NCBI RefSeq assembly: GCF_006345805.1
Contig: NC_042997.1
Span: 92,814,001-92,878,000 of the forward strand
Source of the DNA: Octopus sinensis
Taxonomy: Eukaryota
Reading direction: 5' to 3'
DNA length: 64,000 nt
Translations under genes and position numbers: made by a program
The notes under the pieces: model-generated
Databases searched by the model: none
What the model was told of the DNA's origin: nothing
Seen by the model: only the letters and a program-made list of their open reading frames with translations
Shown: one piece after another, positions 11,801 to 27,100 of the stretch
How the letters are laid out: the number at the start of each line of letters is the position of its first letter
How positions within the stretch are numbered: the first letter of the stretch is position 1

Positions 11801-14800
11801 TGATATAATTGGCTTATAAGATTCCTCGGCATTTTCTCAAAGATTTATATTTGAAAAAATGCTTATTGATATCAACTATGTGGAAAACATGGCAAAACTA
11901 ATTAACAAGTTTTCAAGCAGAGATATTTAATAACTATGATGTTATTAACCCAACATTTATGACTAACAATGCAATTTCATCTCATTATTTAGTACAATGA
12001 TTTCATGTCAGCAGATACCACCATACAAACAAGACACTATTTCCTTCTACTTAATATTTCTAAACATTTAATTAAAAACAATAATGGAATCATAAGCAAA
12101 AAACTGGATAGGCATGCATGTGAAATTGTGCACAAGCACATAAGCAAATACCTCAATATTTGAGAATCAAAATTTAGTTGGATATTCACTCACTCATTCA
12201 TTCATTCCATCTAACCAGACACAAACATCAAGATATAAAACAGAATATATACACCACAACTACACTTCTCAGGTACCATTATAGAACATAGGGTTACAAA
12301 ATAAAATAGGAGTCCATAACACCATTTTTTACCAGTTTATATCCCTTATAAAAAAAAAATCTATAAAAATCCTTCAAATACACATGGTACAGTTATCATG
12401 CAACATAATTTTATCAGATCAGAAGGAATGATAACGATATTTCAATGTGTCAGTCAAATAAAGAAAAGCTGTATTACAACACACTAGCCTGTATTAGTTG
12501 TTTAGAAACCAGAGAATGAATTGAGGGTAGAGTAAAAAAAAAAAAGGCTATCATTCAAATCAATACCATTATGTTCTCATTTCATATGAATTTAGTGAAT
12601 GGCCGTACATTTAACTGAGTCAACAACAATGTACTACTACTTCCTATCTTCAAGTAGCAAGCTGAAATGTTCAAATTATTTTTTTTATGTAACACCCAAA
12701 TCCTACACAAATCTTTTTATCATCTCTAGAAGACCCGAATCTTACGCTAGTGTGCTCATAGAGTTGACCACAGCAACTTAACAAGTACAACTAATTTATT
12801 TTGCTGACACAGAGGAGGATGAATATCAAAGTTAATCTCTTTGGAATTTGAAATGAAAGAATTGTTATGGTAAACTAGTTATATAAAGCATCTATACTTT
12901 TGGGTGCAGTTTAGGATGTTTGTAGCAGTAGCACCATCCCAGATATGGCAACAGTACACCATTGTGGGTCTTGTACTTTGTAGAAGATTAGAGTTAAAGT
13001 ATTTCTGGCTCTAGAAAGGAAAGCTAGCCACTAGGATGTAATTTATTTATGGTTATTAACATAGGGGTCATTAGGAAGGAAAAAGAAAATCGAGGTTTGT
13101 GAAGCTTAGCATTTTTAACAACTTTGATCCGTTTCTTAGTAGAGCATCAAAGTGAAATATACATTAATATGTTAGCAAAGACAATTACTTGGTGCAGTTG
13201 ATTTAACTTATCTTCCTGGAAGGATAGGAATAAAAAACAAAAGGAAGTTGATTCAGCAGAATTTGAACTTACAAAGTAGGGATGAAACAAACTAACTCAT
13301 TACACTAGTATTTTCTTCTTTAATCAGAGTTACCTCTTGAAGGAAAAGATGAAAAGTTATATTACTGCTGTTTATTCCATTAAAGTAGAAGTGATGTGAT
13401 GTAAAATCTAGCGTAAAAGAAGCAAGAATGATAAAACTAAACATTATATTGTCACTAACTCAGTAGTCTGTACAAACCTTGTCATTAATAATGGTTTCTT
13501 ACTTAGATATGTCTCATATACTTATGTGTGTGAGTGTGTCAATGTGTAATATCTATAGCTTTCCTAAATGTATAGGAAAATAAGTGAAGTGATTCTTATT
13601 GAGAATAAAAAAAAAAGTTGGCTAATACAGCATTTACCGATAATTGTGGTATATATATATTTTAGTCAAGGTAATGATATATTCCACCAAGGCTCAACAT
13701 ATTTTCATAAATTAGTAGGTATATAATTTACTGAAGTGACCTAGAGAAGATTAAAAGTTTTTTAAAAAAAATCATATTATCAGGAACAGCAAGACTCTGG
13801 GCTAAATAAATATCTTAAAGAATTGGGTTAACTACTAGCACTGATTTATCAACTTAAAACTGATAATAACAATGACATGTCGACAAAAGAGACTCTGTGG
13901 TAGTGCAATCTGCTAAAGACACCGACCATGTTTCCCTTTGTCATATCTTATTGTCATCCAGTATGCACTGTGTTTGAGAGATAAAAACTGGATGATCACA
14001 GCTAAAAGTCCCATACCACAGATCATTGGTGAGTTGACAAACAACATAATAAAGATGATTTATTTTGACTTAAGTACAAGGTCAATTTCTGGGAATGGAT
14101 TACACAGTTTACCAAACTGACAGCAGTATACTGGAGGTTATAAGACATCATGTTTCTTCCATTATGTACATGGCACAGTTGTAGTTGAAGAGTCAATGTA
14201 CAGATTAAGAGACTTTCAATGTACAGATTAAGAGTCTTTCAAATGAGATGAGGATCCAAGACAACCTAGTCAAGATTGAACTCAAACCCATAGAGAAACA
14301 AATCATTTGGTCTAGTAATTTTGGCTAAAGAGGAATAATGAAGCAACAGGGAAAAAGGGAAGTAAAAGGAGAGAAGACAAGGGAAAGAGAAAAGGAAACG
14401 AGAGAGAGAGAGAAAGAGAGAGAGAGGGAAGCAGGGTGAATGAGGAGAGAAAAGACAGAAGAAAGAAGACAGAAAGGGAAAGACAAAAGAAAAGAGTGTA
14501 GTTGTAGTATCAGCAGCAGAAGTAGTAGTAGACACCAGATTAGCAGCAGCAATAGAAGTAGTAGTAGTCACAATATTAGCAGCAGCTGTAGTAGAAGTAG
14601 AGGTAGTCACCATATCAGCAGCAGCAGCAGCAGACAAAGAATATTAGTAAAGGAAATTAGCTCATGTTACTATCAATAGTCAAGTAGGGGAGATGAACTG
14701 TGTATGTAACCAAGTGTTGGGTGGTATTTGTATGTAAAGAGAAATACACTGCTAATATTTAATGAAGAAGTTACACTGACAATTCACTAAAACAGTACAT

Positions 14801-15157
14801 TTGTTCATCATCATCATCAACAAAAACTACTACTACGTATGACACTATATATAATATCTATTGACTAGGCAGGTTGTAACATGCAGGTGCACATGATGTA
14901 GTAGGCGATAAGACATTACTTTCCATCTAGTATGTATTATATACAGAGTACTAGTTCACTGAAGTGAAAAGCTTGATTGACAAGAGCTTGCCTCAGAAGT
15001 TTAGTGCAATCATTAATGTCAATCAAATCCATGACAAAAAGAAGCAAATCAGAGATAGAATTAAAGACAAAGTAAGTTCAAAAAATGTCTGAACCAGGAT
15101 CAAATTCGTAGCTGAAGACTTTGTTGTAAGATAGATGAGTAACCCAACCAAAATGAA

Positions 15158-15191
<34 letters not shown>

Positions 15192-18100
15192 TTCAGCAAC
15201 ACAGATGACTTTGAGATTCATGAAAATTTTCAACCAGGAAACAAAATTTGGAGCTAAAAAACTTGCAGTAATCCAATATTTGTAAAGCAGTAAAAACAAC
15301 AGACTAATGCATTTAGTTAGCAAGACTGTATCTTAATATTCTGCTGAAATATTTGAAACTTTCTAGAACATTCAACTTAACAATAATAGTCTGATACTGA
15401 CTGGCACATGACCTTTACAATACACATACAATAGAAAATAATTATAGCTGCCCACTTACATTAACATGGAATTAATTCCACAACTGATTAAACAAATAAG
15501 GGGAAAAACAAAATATGAACAATATGTATATATACATAATGTATGTGTGTGTGTGTGTGTGTGTATCTCTCTATCTATCTATCTATATGTATAGGTGCAC
15601 AAGGGGCTTTGTGGTAAGAAGCTTGCTTCCCAACCACATGGTTCGAGGATCAGTCTCACTGTATGGCACCTTGGGCAAGTGTCTTCTACTATAGCCTCAG
15701 GCCGACCAAAGCCTTGTGAGTGGATTTGGTAGATGGAAACTGAAAGAATTCAGGGTACAAGTAGGGGTTCTCCAAGGACTGGTACTCAGCCTCCTTGTTC
15801 ATCATAATCCTTCAAGCAATAACAGAGGAATTTAAGACAGGCTGCCCCTGGGAACTTCTCTATGTTGATGACCTTGCTCTTATAGAGAAGTTCCAGATAT
15901 GAAAGCAAGGTCTAGAATTGAAAGGTCAGAGTTAACCTAGCAAAAACCAAAGTCTTAGGAAGTAGGAAGGCAGTCAAATCACAAATCCCTTCAGGTAGAT
16001 GGCCCTGCTTGATCTGTAGAAAAGGCGTAGGTAGAAACTCCATAAAATGCACCCGATGTAAGCTTTGGACACATAAAAGATGCAGCAATATCAGAGGAAG
16101 GTTAACAGGGCAACTAGCTTTTATATGTGGAAGATGCACAGATATAATAAATGCTGAAAATGTGCAGAAAATAGACAAGGGGGCAAACTAGAGGTAGTAC
16201 ATAGCTTTAGCAGTGGGGGTTGATGCTCTGAGAGTGTAGCTGTGAGAATAAGATTAGGCTGGGCAAAGTTCAGAGAGCTCCTACCTCTGCTAGCAACAAA
16301 GGGTCTCTCTCTCAGAGTGAAAGGCAGATTGTATGATGCCTGTGTGCGAACAGCTATGCTACATGGCAGTGTAACATGGGCTGTGGCATGCGAGGACATG
16401 AAAGAAATGAAGCTAGTATTCTTTGCTGGATGTGCAATGTCAGTGTGTATGTTTGACAGAGTGTAAGCATCTTGAGAGAAAAGTTAGGCATAAGAGATAT
16501 CAGATTTGGCATAAGAGAGACAACAGTGCTGGTATGGTCACATGATGCATATGGACGAGGATAGCTGTGTAAAGAAGTACTAATCTCTGACTGTGGAGGG
16601 AACCTGTGGTAGAAGTAGACCCAGGAAGACATGGGACGAAGTGGTGAAGCATGATCTTTGAACTTTGAGCCTCACAGAGACAATGACTAGTGACCAAGAC
16701 ATTTGGCAATATGTTGTGCTTGAGAAAACACATCAAGCCAAGTTAGATTGCAGTCATGGCCAATGCTGGTGTTACGTAACTGGCACCTGTCGGTGACACG
16801 TAAAGGGCACTTTTCAAGCATTGGGCCTCAAGGAGACAAAGTGGCTGAGTTCCTATCGAGTGTTGGGCCTCACAGAGGTAAAGTGGCTGAGTTGCTTTTG
16901 AGCATTGGGCTTCATAGAAGCGAAGTAGCTGAGTTCCTTTCAAGCATTGGGCCACATAAAGGTAATGACTAAGACCTTTGGCATTATGTCGTGCTTGAGA
17001 TACAGACCCATCAAGCTAAGTTAAATCACAGTTGTGACAGATACTGGTGTTTCACAAATGGCATCCATGCCATTGGCATGTATAAGCACCAATTACACTC
17101 TTGGAATGGTTGGCATTAAGAAGGGCATCCAGCTGTAGAAATCATGCCAAATCATCCTGGGCAGTCCAGGAGACCATATCTCACTCATACCTCGATTCCT
17201 GACATGGATTCCATAGCTGGATGCCCTTCATATCATTAACTACTTACTTGAGGCAAGTAGTTGAGATGACAATGGTAAAATGATGGCTAGCCATACAGTA
17301 AACAGAGGGGTGTAACAGGTACCAATAGACCACAAACAATTCCTTGTTACTCAGGTACATGATGGGAGAGAGAGAAAGAATAAGGTGATAAAGATGGTAG
17401 AAGTTGAAACTGAATATGGATAAATCTAAAGTTCTCTTTCCTTACAGAAATGACATGATGCAAGAATAGAAGAGGGGATGATACAGAATAAGAGGCTACT
17501 GAATAGGCAAGAAGTGCAGCAAATAAAAACCTAGAAACCCCCCCACCCAAAAGGGGGGGGTGGAGAACTAAATTCAAATATTTATGACATATCCCATGCC
17601 AGCATAAAACTCAGATGCTAAAAGATGATGCTGATGATGGTGGTCCCAGCCTCTGTCACTACCAAAATTTTACTGTTTCACCATGCTTGAATGAGTGGTC
17701 TAATTCTTAGCATCATGTATCACTTATCATAATGGCCCTTTACCAGTTCCTTCATATGAGATGCAACATCATAAATCAGTCTTCTTCACTTTGTACCAAA
17801 TATTCCTCTTACACAGGTCCTATTCACTGAGTGCTTGTCACTTCCTTACGCAACAGTCATGGCTTATACTTCTGTTGAATCTTTGTGTGTAGACACTCTT
17901 TCTCACACACTCTCCACTTTCAGCACCTTCTCATAGTATCACTTCCCTGCCTCTTTCTTTTTTACTGTTTTTAAAAGCAAATGTGTCATTATTCTCTAAA
18001 AACTTCTCAATAGTAAACTGTCTAGCTATAGGGAACACTTCTCACTTCTGATCCATACATCACAGAATATGTGCAAACCTCTTTTTCCCAGTATATACCT

Positions 18101-21100
18101 GAAGTATAACTTCTCTTCTAGCTATCTGGTATTTTTCTCTGCTGCCACATTCTTCCAGTCTTTCCAGGCCTGTCTCCCAGCTTTTATAGACTTAATGACT
18201 ATTACACCACCAGCAAGTTGCTATGCATCCAGATGAAGCATTGTAGCAGCCACAAATGTAATCCTCAGCCCTCAGTATGTTTTATTGTACAAAATCCCAA
18301 TTCTCCTGTATGCTGTAAGCCTCTGTTGCCTGACACTGGGTATCATATCATGCTGAAGCAAGCATGCATTACATATATATGAGAAGGCATATGGCTTAGT
18401 GGTTAAGATGTTGCACTCATGATTGCGAGATTGTGGGCTTGATTCCCAGACAGGACATTTCGTTGTGTTCTTGAGTAAAACTCAACTTCATTTCATGTTG
18501 CTCTGCAATCATTTCATCATCTGACATGTGGCACCTCTTGCACCTGTACAGGTAATGTTGATTTGATGGAGTAAGTGAGCTTATGTGTACACAAACATTT
18601 GATCACTATAAACAAATCATATGTTTGGTTGTTTGGCAAGAAATTGCTGAACCTTCTCACATCATCTAACAATGGGAGAGTCCATAATATAAGAACACAA
18701 GTTGCTAACTTTTACCTGTTTTTCAAGTAAGGGATTTCGTCATTTCACAAGTCACTGAAAGTATGATGTGAGCAGCAAATTTGTTGACAGAAGTGACAAC
18801 AACAACACTACTTGTGGTGGGTAACTTACACAGAACACAACAGTAAACACACCCACACACAAGTTCTTTCAGCTTCCATCAACCAAATTCACTAACAAGC
18901 TTTACCAACATATTCAACTAACTAGTTGCATAATCTGTTAAATAATTGTTTTTTTTAACCATCAACTTGAAAGAAAAATATTTCAAGCTCAGAATAAATT
19001 TTAGTAGTTGATAGACTAACCATTAGCTTCTACAATTTTTTGCTAACAAGAAACAAATCTATTTACTTTGGGAGCAAAAAATTCTGGAGTCTCAGAACTG
19101 ATAAATTCTTTGAAGGTATTTGAAGACTTCATTTTGCAGTAAGTTATTTATCATAGATATATAAAGTATAAAGATCTTTCCCAATAGGGCTGGTTTCTCG
19201 GTTTTTGTGGCACATATACACCCTTCTGAATGAGATGCCAGTTCTTTGTGGGATTATTCATTTTTGCCAGCTGAGTGGACTGAAGTTTTTTGCTCAAGGA
19301 CACAACACATCACCTGGTCCAGGAACCGAAACCAAATCTTACGATCATGTGTCTAACACCCTAACCACTAAGTTATTTATCAAGATGCTTGGAAAACAAT
19401 TAAGGTAGAGTTTTGCAGCACAGGTCATAAAAATTTAAGTTAACTGTGAGATATGTGATTCAGGGTTGACAGAGAGAAATTAGTAATTTCTGATTGGACA
19501 ATGCTGGACATAAATGTCGCCGTTATTGGTACATTCTGTCAATTTTTAGGTAACTATTTCCTGCTGTAATGGTTTTGCCAGTATTTAAAAAATAGGAACA
19601 CATGATTCTCCTTACCAACCACAAAACAGTGATTGTAATCTTCTTTTGATGTAGCTTCAGTTCCAAAAACTGCTTAGGTACCTGACCTCAAACCAGCTAG
19701 TACATGGAACATAGTTGGTTATCATATAAAGTTAACGCATAAATACACACACATATATATATATACACACAAACACATATACATATATGTATATATATAT
19801 ATATACACACACATACGCAAAAAAATATACATACACACACATTTTTCAATACACATTACAAAAATAAAAGTTCCTGGATAATGAACAATGCATATACAGT
19901 AAGCAAGTACATCAGAAGCAGAACATGAAATCTACTGAATATTAGGAATGGATGCCAATAAAATTTTGAGTCTTTCAACATATGAAAAAGAAAAAAATTT
20001 CCTACTCACATGGTTTTCAGTTTTTTCTACTGATATGATATCTGATTTAGGTCTCTTAATACTGTTTAACATGGGCTTAAAAGACAAACTCTGCAACAAA
20101 TACATTATAAAGTGTCAGAGAAATTGAAACATGCTGTGAAATATGCTATTTTGAATTAGAAAAATTTAATTACATTTTGAAAATTAAAAGTGTCTTTCTA
20201 AAATAATCCAAGATGCAGAAAAGACATAAGGATATTGACCTTATAGAAGCATTAACTTCTATTTACAAATGGAGGATTAGAATTTTACGGTTAATTTCAT
20301 TATGTTAAATGCAATGGTTCATTTCATAATGTGGAAGTAATAGCAAACGAAATCCAAAGACAAGTAATCATACCAAAACCACAAACTTTAATTATTCACT
20401 TTCATTGTTACATTCATATACTGTATAGAATTTTTAATAATTTTAATTGGCTGTTTTTTATGAAGCTGATTACACTGTCTGTACATTGATAAAATCCTAT
20501 AAGGTGTTTATGCCTAGATCATTTTCTCCTATATTTACACTGATTTCAGAACATGGTTTAGCAGCCTTGTCAGGTAACCATCTCCACAGGTTTTAGACAG
20601 TTATATTGACCCCTGTACTTTTGGCAGGTGCTTATTTTATCTATGTCAAGGAATGAAATGCAAAGTTCAGCTTGGCATAAAAATATAGAGCTAATATAGC
20701 CTGGTTCTTATTCTACCAGGCTCTATTAGTCTAACTGCTAAGTTATGAAGACACAAACAAATCAACATTGGTTGTCAGGTATTGAAGGGGACAAACACAA
20801 AGACACTTGTTCAAGATGCCACACTGAGGGATTGAATCCAAAACAACATGGTCACAAAGTGAGCTTCTTAACCATACTGCCATATAGAGACAAAGAGTAT
20901 TGGCAATGTATATGTACTGAATTTAATAATCTACTCAGTGGACTGGGACTCAATCTACCTCAACAAGAACTCTTAGCACTCAAAATTTTTTTATAAAACA
21001 CAATATAATAAATTCTTTACAGGAATATAAAGAAAAAAATTATAAAAGCCAGAAAGGAAATAATATATATATATATTTACCAATATAAAAGTTACAAAGA

Positions 21101-24100
21101 TTGTAAACGTCAAGATGGAAGGAATCATCATTTGTGATTGAGTTAAGTCAGTTTGGCTAAAAAACAGAACCAGCCCAAAAGTATAGAGGCCTCGGAGTAT
21201 ACTGTAGAACATAATAAACTGTTCAAATTTACTCAGTTTGATGGTAGTGTCTCGAGTTGGCCACCACACAAAATTGATCCCACCTAGAAAAATAAAAAGA
21301 AAACAAAAAAATTAGTAAAATTAATGTATACTACATAAATAATCTAACAGCACAGTCAGTTCAATTTTTTTACCAATGTTCTCCCATCTTCCCATATGTG
21401 TGTGTGTGTGTGTGTTTATATATGATGGACTCCCGGTCTAAGATGATGTGTGAGTGTTCAGCTTTTTTGCTGAATGACCCTGCACAAAAGATTTGTTTAT
21501 AGTGATCAAATTCATGTGCTTTACATTAGCACACTCCTGCCATCAACGATGTCCGAACAGATGCACTATGTGCCACATGTCAGGTGTCAAAGAGATTGCA
21601 ATGCACCACCTGGTCTAGGAATTGAAACCACGATCTCATGATCATATATATGTGTGTATAAACTACTAGCAACACACCACAAGCATATAACTTGGAGCGA
21701 AAACGAAATGTAAATCTTATAACTTTTGAAGCATGTTACATCACTTGATGAGGATCCCTGCACTGTGCATTGCATCTGATGTCATTATATCATCTCAAAC
21801 CCACTAGGGAGTAGTGCAGAAGGAAGCTGAAATGATTGTTATGCTAAATAAAGCATCTAGTTACACTCTGACTTCCATATCAATCATTTAAAATATATAT
21901 ATATATGAGACGCCATGATAGATCGTTAGCCACTACACACATTTTTTTTCTCTCCTTGTTTTTTCTGTGTCCCTTTCTGTAGAAGAGCGTAGGCTCGAAA
22001 CATAAAAGACTTTTTCTATTCCTGAGCGTTATACAAATACATCTGTTTGTTTTGTATACCACCTGTCTTCGTCTTTTGTTTTTTCGTAAACTCTCCCTAG
22101 ATATATATATAGATATAGAAATAGGGGGAGAATTCACAAAAAAACAAAAGACGAAGATAGGTGGTGTAGACAACAAACAAATGTATTAGTTTAACGCTTG
22201 GGAAGTGAAAAAGTCTTTAATGTTTCGAGCCTACGCTCTTCCACAGAAAGAAACAAGGAGAGAAAATAAAGAATGTGTAGTGGCCAGCGATCTATCATGG
22301 CAAATATATAAATATATATATATAAAAGATGAAATATCTTTTTCAAAAATCTAATATTGTTGGTCATTGGGTACAAAATCCTTTATAGGTAAAGAAGGGC
22401 TCAGAACAATTGACTAAGCTCAAATATAGTGTATTTTAACATGTATAAGGAACCCCCTAATTTTGGGGGCTGAAAATATGGAAAAAAGTTTTGTAAGGGA
22501 TTATAATACTATTCATGCATAAGAAACTCCCATATTTTTTAAACTTAATTTTTGACAAAAAAGGGTTCCTTATACATGTTAAAATATGGTATTATTTGGA
22601 CTTATTTTATGCATTTAACAGTGATGAAAACCAAAATAAATCTTAAAAGGATTTGAACTAGGAAATGTGGAATCTAACTAGATAATATAAAGCATTTAAT
22701 CCAGCTCACTTTTCTGTACAAATTGGAAGGTAGCCTTTTTTAGTTTATATCAGAAACTTACTTCAACTAACAGCAACAAAATTGATAAAACAGGCATTAT
22801 TAACCCTTTAGCATTCAGATTATTCTGTCAAATATAATATTTATTCATCCATATTGTTTTAAGCTAATCATGCATTTTTTCGTAGCTTTAAGATTTCGAT
22901 GATGTTATCACCTGTTTTTAGATTGACATTATAGGTTGGTGTGAGATACCAAATCTGGGCAGTTTTAACAGAAAACAGGTAGATTATTTGGGCCGGATAT
23001 GGCCGGTTTAAACACTAAAGGGTTAAGTTATTGCCCCATGTCAGTGATAGCAATGATTTAAACCTACCAAGAGAAGTGTAGTTGATGCAGAGAAACAGAC
23101 AGAAAAACACAATAATGCTGTTCCAACAATGAGCCTGTGTATCAACTGACAGTAGAAATAATAGAACCAGAGCCTCACAAACACAAGACACAGTCTTCAG
23201 TGACAAAGAGACAGCTCCTTTGGATGAGGTAAGTGATCTTCTTGAAAGATGAGCTTGAACATACTGTTTGATGCTGATTCCACAGAAGATTACTCTGAAA
23301 TGGAAAAGAAAATATGTTGTTCAATTTAGAAATTAGTAAAAAGAAATACAAATAACAAAAGATAACAAAAGCTAAGAGACATTCATAGTTAATATTAGGT
23401 TGACACTCAAAGAAGAAAAAAAGTTTAGTGTCATAGACTTTTGTTGTATACAAGTCCAAGAGACCCTGGGAAAAGAAAGAAGGGAAGGAGCTTAAAAAAA
23501 AGAGATCCAGGGAAAAAATGCATAGTTCATGCATTAAGTTTATGCTATATAAAATTATGCATATGTGTATGTGTGTCATAAATATCTCACAGCATATCTG
23601 AGCTCCAATTTTGTATTGGACTTACAATACAACTTATTTATTCTCAGTGAGCTAAGGTGCTATTAACACACTCGAGTTTTGTCTAAAAGCAAGTCAGTAC
23701 GCAGCATGGTTCAGTCAGGTTTCTAAGCTGAAAATAAGTGCTGCTTCCACTCTATAGTTGAATGAGTATTAATAAGTAGAGCATCCATCTGTGAAAATAA
23801 TTGCTTTAATAATTTACATGCAAATTTTACAAAAATATTTTACTTGTGCTGGTAGGGAAAAATTAACTATAATATAAGAAAAAAAAATAACTATAATATA
23901 ATAAAAGAAAGCAAATAAAAAGCAATTATCTTCCAGCCAAGGCTAATTAAAAAGAATTATCATAATTCAGAAAAAGAAACATTGTTTTTCTCCAATTTTT
24001 AATATGAATGTGATTTAATATATGACCATAAAATGAATATTTTAAAATCTATTTATAAATACAAGATATTTCCATAGAAACAAGCTAAAACAAAGGAAGT

Positions 24101-27100
24101 TCATCACAATAAGTTTAATTTTATCATTACTGTTTGTCAATGACATAACTAATCAAATTCTGATTGCATACTATTGTCTTTGAAGATGAGTGATACACTG
24201 GATAATATAGTTCTCAATACACAATGCCCAAAAGGACAAGATAGTCCTGGCCGGAATGGCCATTTCCTTGGACTCAGTATCCATTAGTCTCATCTATATA
24301 CTAACTAAAGATGATTGACATTGATGAATGTCTCTGATCAAGTAATTAATTCACTTATGAGTTAATAATATACGAGTTAAAGTAGAAGCCATCAGTAATA
24401 TTGTTAAATAAGGCAACTTTTGAGTACTAGTTAGATGCGATCAGTGTAGTAACTGAATCTCATTCAAGTTTCTTGACAAACTACAAAATAGGAACCATAA
24501 GAGGTTGGATCTGAATTTCAGGACAGAGTGGGCAAGAATACAAACAAAGCAACAGGGATTTAACAAGAACAATAGAAAGAAAGGCTAACAGTAAGCTAGT
24601 ATAAATAATTGTGTGTGGGTATGCAAGGTATATCCTGTATACATTCAGATTGACAATATTGAAAGAGAAAGAGGATGTGTATATTGCATGACTGTAAATG
24701 CAGAAATGGCAGTGGCTATAATCACTCTGATTGAGATCTCTATTTTGAGTAATGTTGTTTATTTGTGTCCGTGTCACTAGAAATAATTTTGAAAGTGGGA
24801 AGAAAATTGTTGCATGTATATTTGAGTGAAAAGCAAGTGGATAGGTACAAGTAGGAAGGTTGTTGCAATATATTTATGCAGAGTAGATGTTTTAGTCATG
24901 TGAGGACCAATGTTGTACGTGACCTTTGTCTGCATGCCTATCCAGAGTGGCAAGATTGATATGGACAATACCCAGCTTGTCTGTTTCCAGACAATTGGTC
25001 CAAACGTTTGCAAGTGAACTTTGCTAAAAGGCGCTTAAAGACTACCAAATAATACAGCTATTTAAAAATAAAACAATTAAAGCAAAATATTGGGAAATAG
25101 TACTAGGCCTTAAGGTCATATCAGAGAGGGAGAAGAAGTAAAACGTTTATACTAGAAAAATTATGCATGTTTTTTTTTCAAAAATAATTTATAAATGCAA
25201 ACTAAACTGCAGCATACTTCAATAAATGCTTTATATGGAAATAAAAGCTGTTAACTTAATTGCACTTCTATTTTTAAATTAGAATCAACAACAGCTTCAT
25301 CAGTTTTGCATTTTTGCCTAAGTTGTATTGATTACATAAGCTCATAATACACAAGTCTCAACCAGGCATCATGTCTTTCTTGAGGTTCCATGTTCTGATA
25401 TTTATCCTAGTTACTGCATTCCACCTAATACTAATTTTCATCTCTCTCTCTCTCTCTCTCTCATCTTAATATGCATCCCTAATCTATTTTTATTATACCC
25501 AAACCAGTGGTTTTGATTTTCAGTAGCTTGTATCTAATCTGTCTCATTCAAGACATTTCTAATAGAAATCATAAGTTATAAATAATCATTGTAGTCATGT
25601 TAGTTGTTTTACAACTATTTTTCTGAGCTACTAATACTGAAATTTTGCTCAGATTGCTTTTGTATAAGTCAACATTTTGCTAGGAGACAATATTAATCTA
25701 AGTGTTCTCCCTATAACTATCTCTTTAAATGTGAAGTGCAGATGCAAGCTAGTATCAACTATTAGGATATTTTTTTCAAGTGAAGTAGAAGTTTTACAAC
25801 TGGATAAGCTTCTTCCTCTCAACTACTAATCACTCAAGTACAAAGTCAAATGATGCAATGCAATAAACAATCCGGAACTAGATAAATTCATCTAAACAGG
25901 GTTATGCTAATTAAAAATAATAACCTAATAATTGCAGCCAATGAAAATGAATTTATAATGTTTTGGTATTATCAAAGGTTCAAAATATATTGTTTTAACC
26001 ATGTCATATTTTATCAACAAAGCAGCTGCCCTACTGATTAATAATCTCAGTTGGAAATTCTACAAGCCTAATATAGGCACAGATATGGCTGTGTGGTAAG
26101 AAGTTTGCATCCCAACCACATGATTCCAGGTTGAGTCCCACTGCATGGAACCTTGGGCAAGTGTCTTCTACTATAGTCCCAGGCTGACCAAAGCCTTGTG
26201 AGTGGATTTGGTAGCTAGAAACTGTGCCACCCACCCAATACCACTTGGTAACCAGTGCTGGTGTGTTTATGTCCCTGTAACTTATTGGTTCAGCAAAAGG
26301 AACTGGTAGCATAAGTACCAGGCTGATAAAAACTAAGTACTGGGGTCGATACATTCAACCCAAAATTCTTCAATGTGGTGCCCCAACATGGCCACAGTCT
26401 AATGACTTAAGCAAGTAAAAGATACAAGATAGCTTGCATTGGAATGAAAACACGGGGTATTTCCTGAATAGCATTGAATCCTTACAAGAAGCTAATGTTC
26501 TATTCATCATCATCATCATCATCATCATCATTTAACGTCCGCTTTCCATGCTAGCATGGGTTGGACGGTTCAACTGGGGTCTGGGGAGCCCGAAGGCTGC
26601 ACCAGGCCAGTCAGATCTGGCAGTGTTTCTACAGCTGGATGCCCTTCCTAACGCCAACCACTCTGAGAGTGTAGTGGGTGATTTTATGTGCCACCGACAC
26701 AGGTGCCAGACGAGGCTGGAGAACGGCCACGCTCGGATGGTGTTTTTTATGTGCCACTGACACAGGTGCCAGACGAGGCTGGCAGACGGCCACGATCGGA
26801 TGGTGTTTGTTACGTGCCCACAGCACGGAGGCCAGTCGATGCAGTACTGGCTACGGCCACATTCGGATGGTTTTCTTGTGTGCCACCGGCACTGGTACCA
26901 CAAAGATACAAATTCCATTGATGTTCATCTATTTTGATTTGTTTTGATTTTCACTTGCCTCAACAGGTCTTCACAAGTGTCACAAGAAGGAAGGTATGCA
27001 CAGGTGGACTGACTACGTCCCAGGTAGGGGCCACGGGTTTACTAAGAATATACTACCCAATATAAAAAAAAATTTTAAAGTGCCTATTTGACTGATACGA

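Noticed and set aside
14266-14679. Three overlapping ORFs (poly-T/A/S)
   Set aside because: Products of trinucleotide and GA low-complexity sequence.
15590-15680. tRNA-like A/B boxes (also at other SINE heads)
   Set aside because: They continue into SINE bodies and lack a complete cloverleaf, so not tRNA genes.
24777-25013. Minus ORF with SWVLSISILPLWI as a possible NHE exon
   Set aside because: No phase-1 GT donor. Neighbouring frames look like a decayed CR1/L2 RT.
26532-26947. Multiple ORFs over the RTE 3' UTR (likewise 9030, 9505, 10804, 52072, 60398)
   Set aside because: Spurious frames through a high-copy non-coding repeat.
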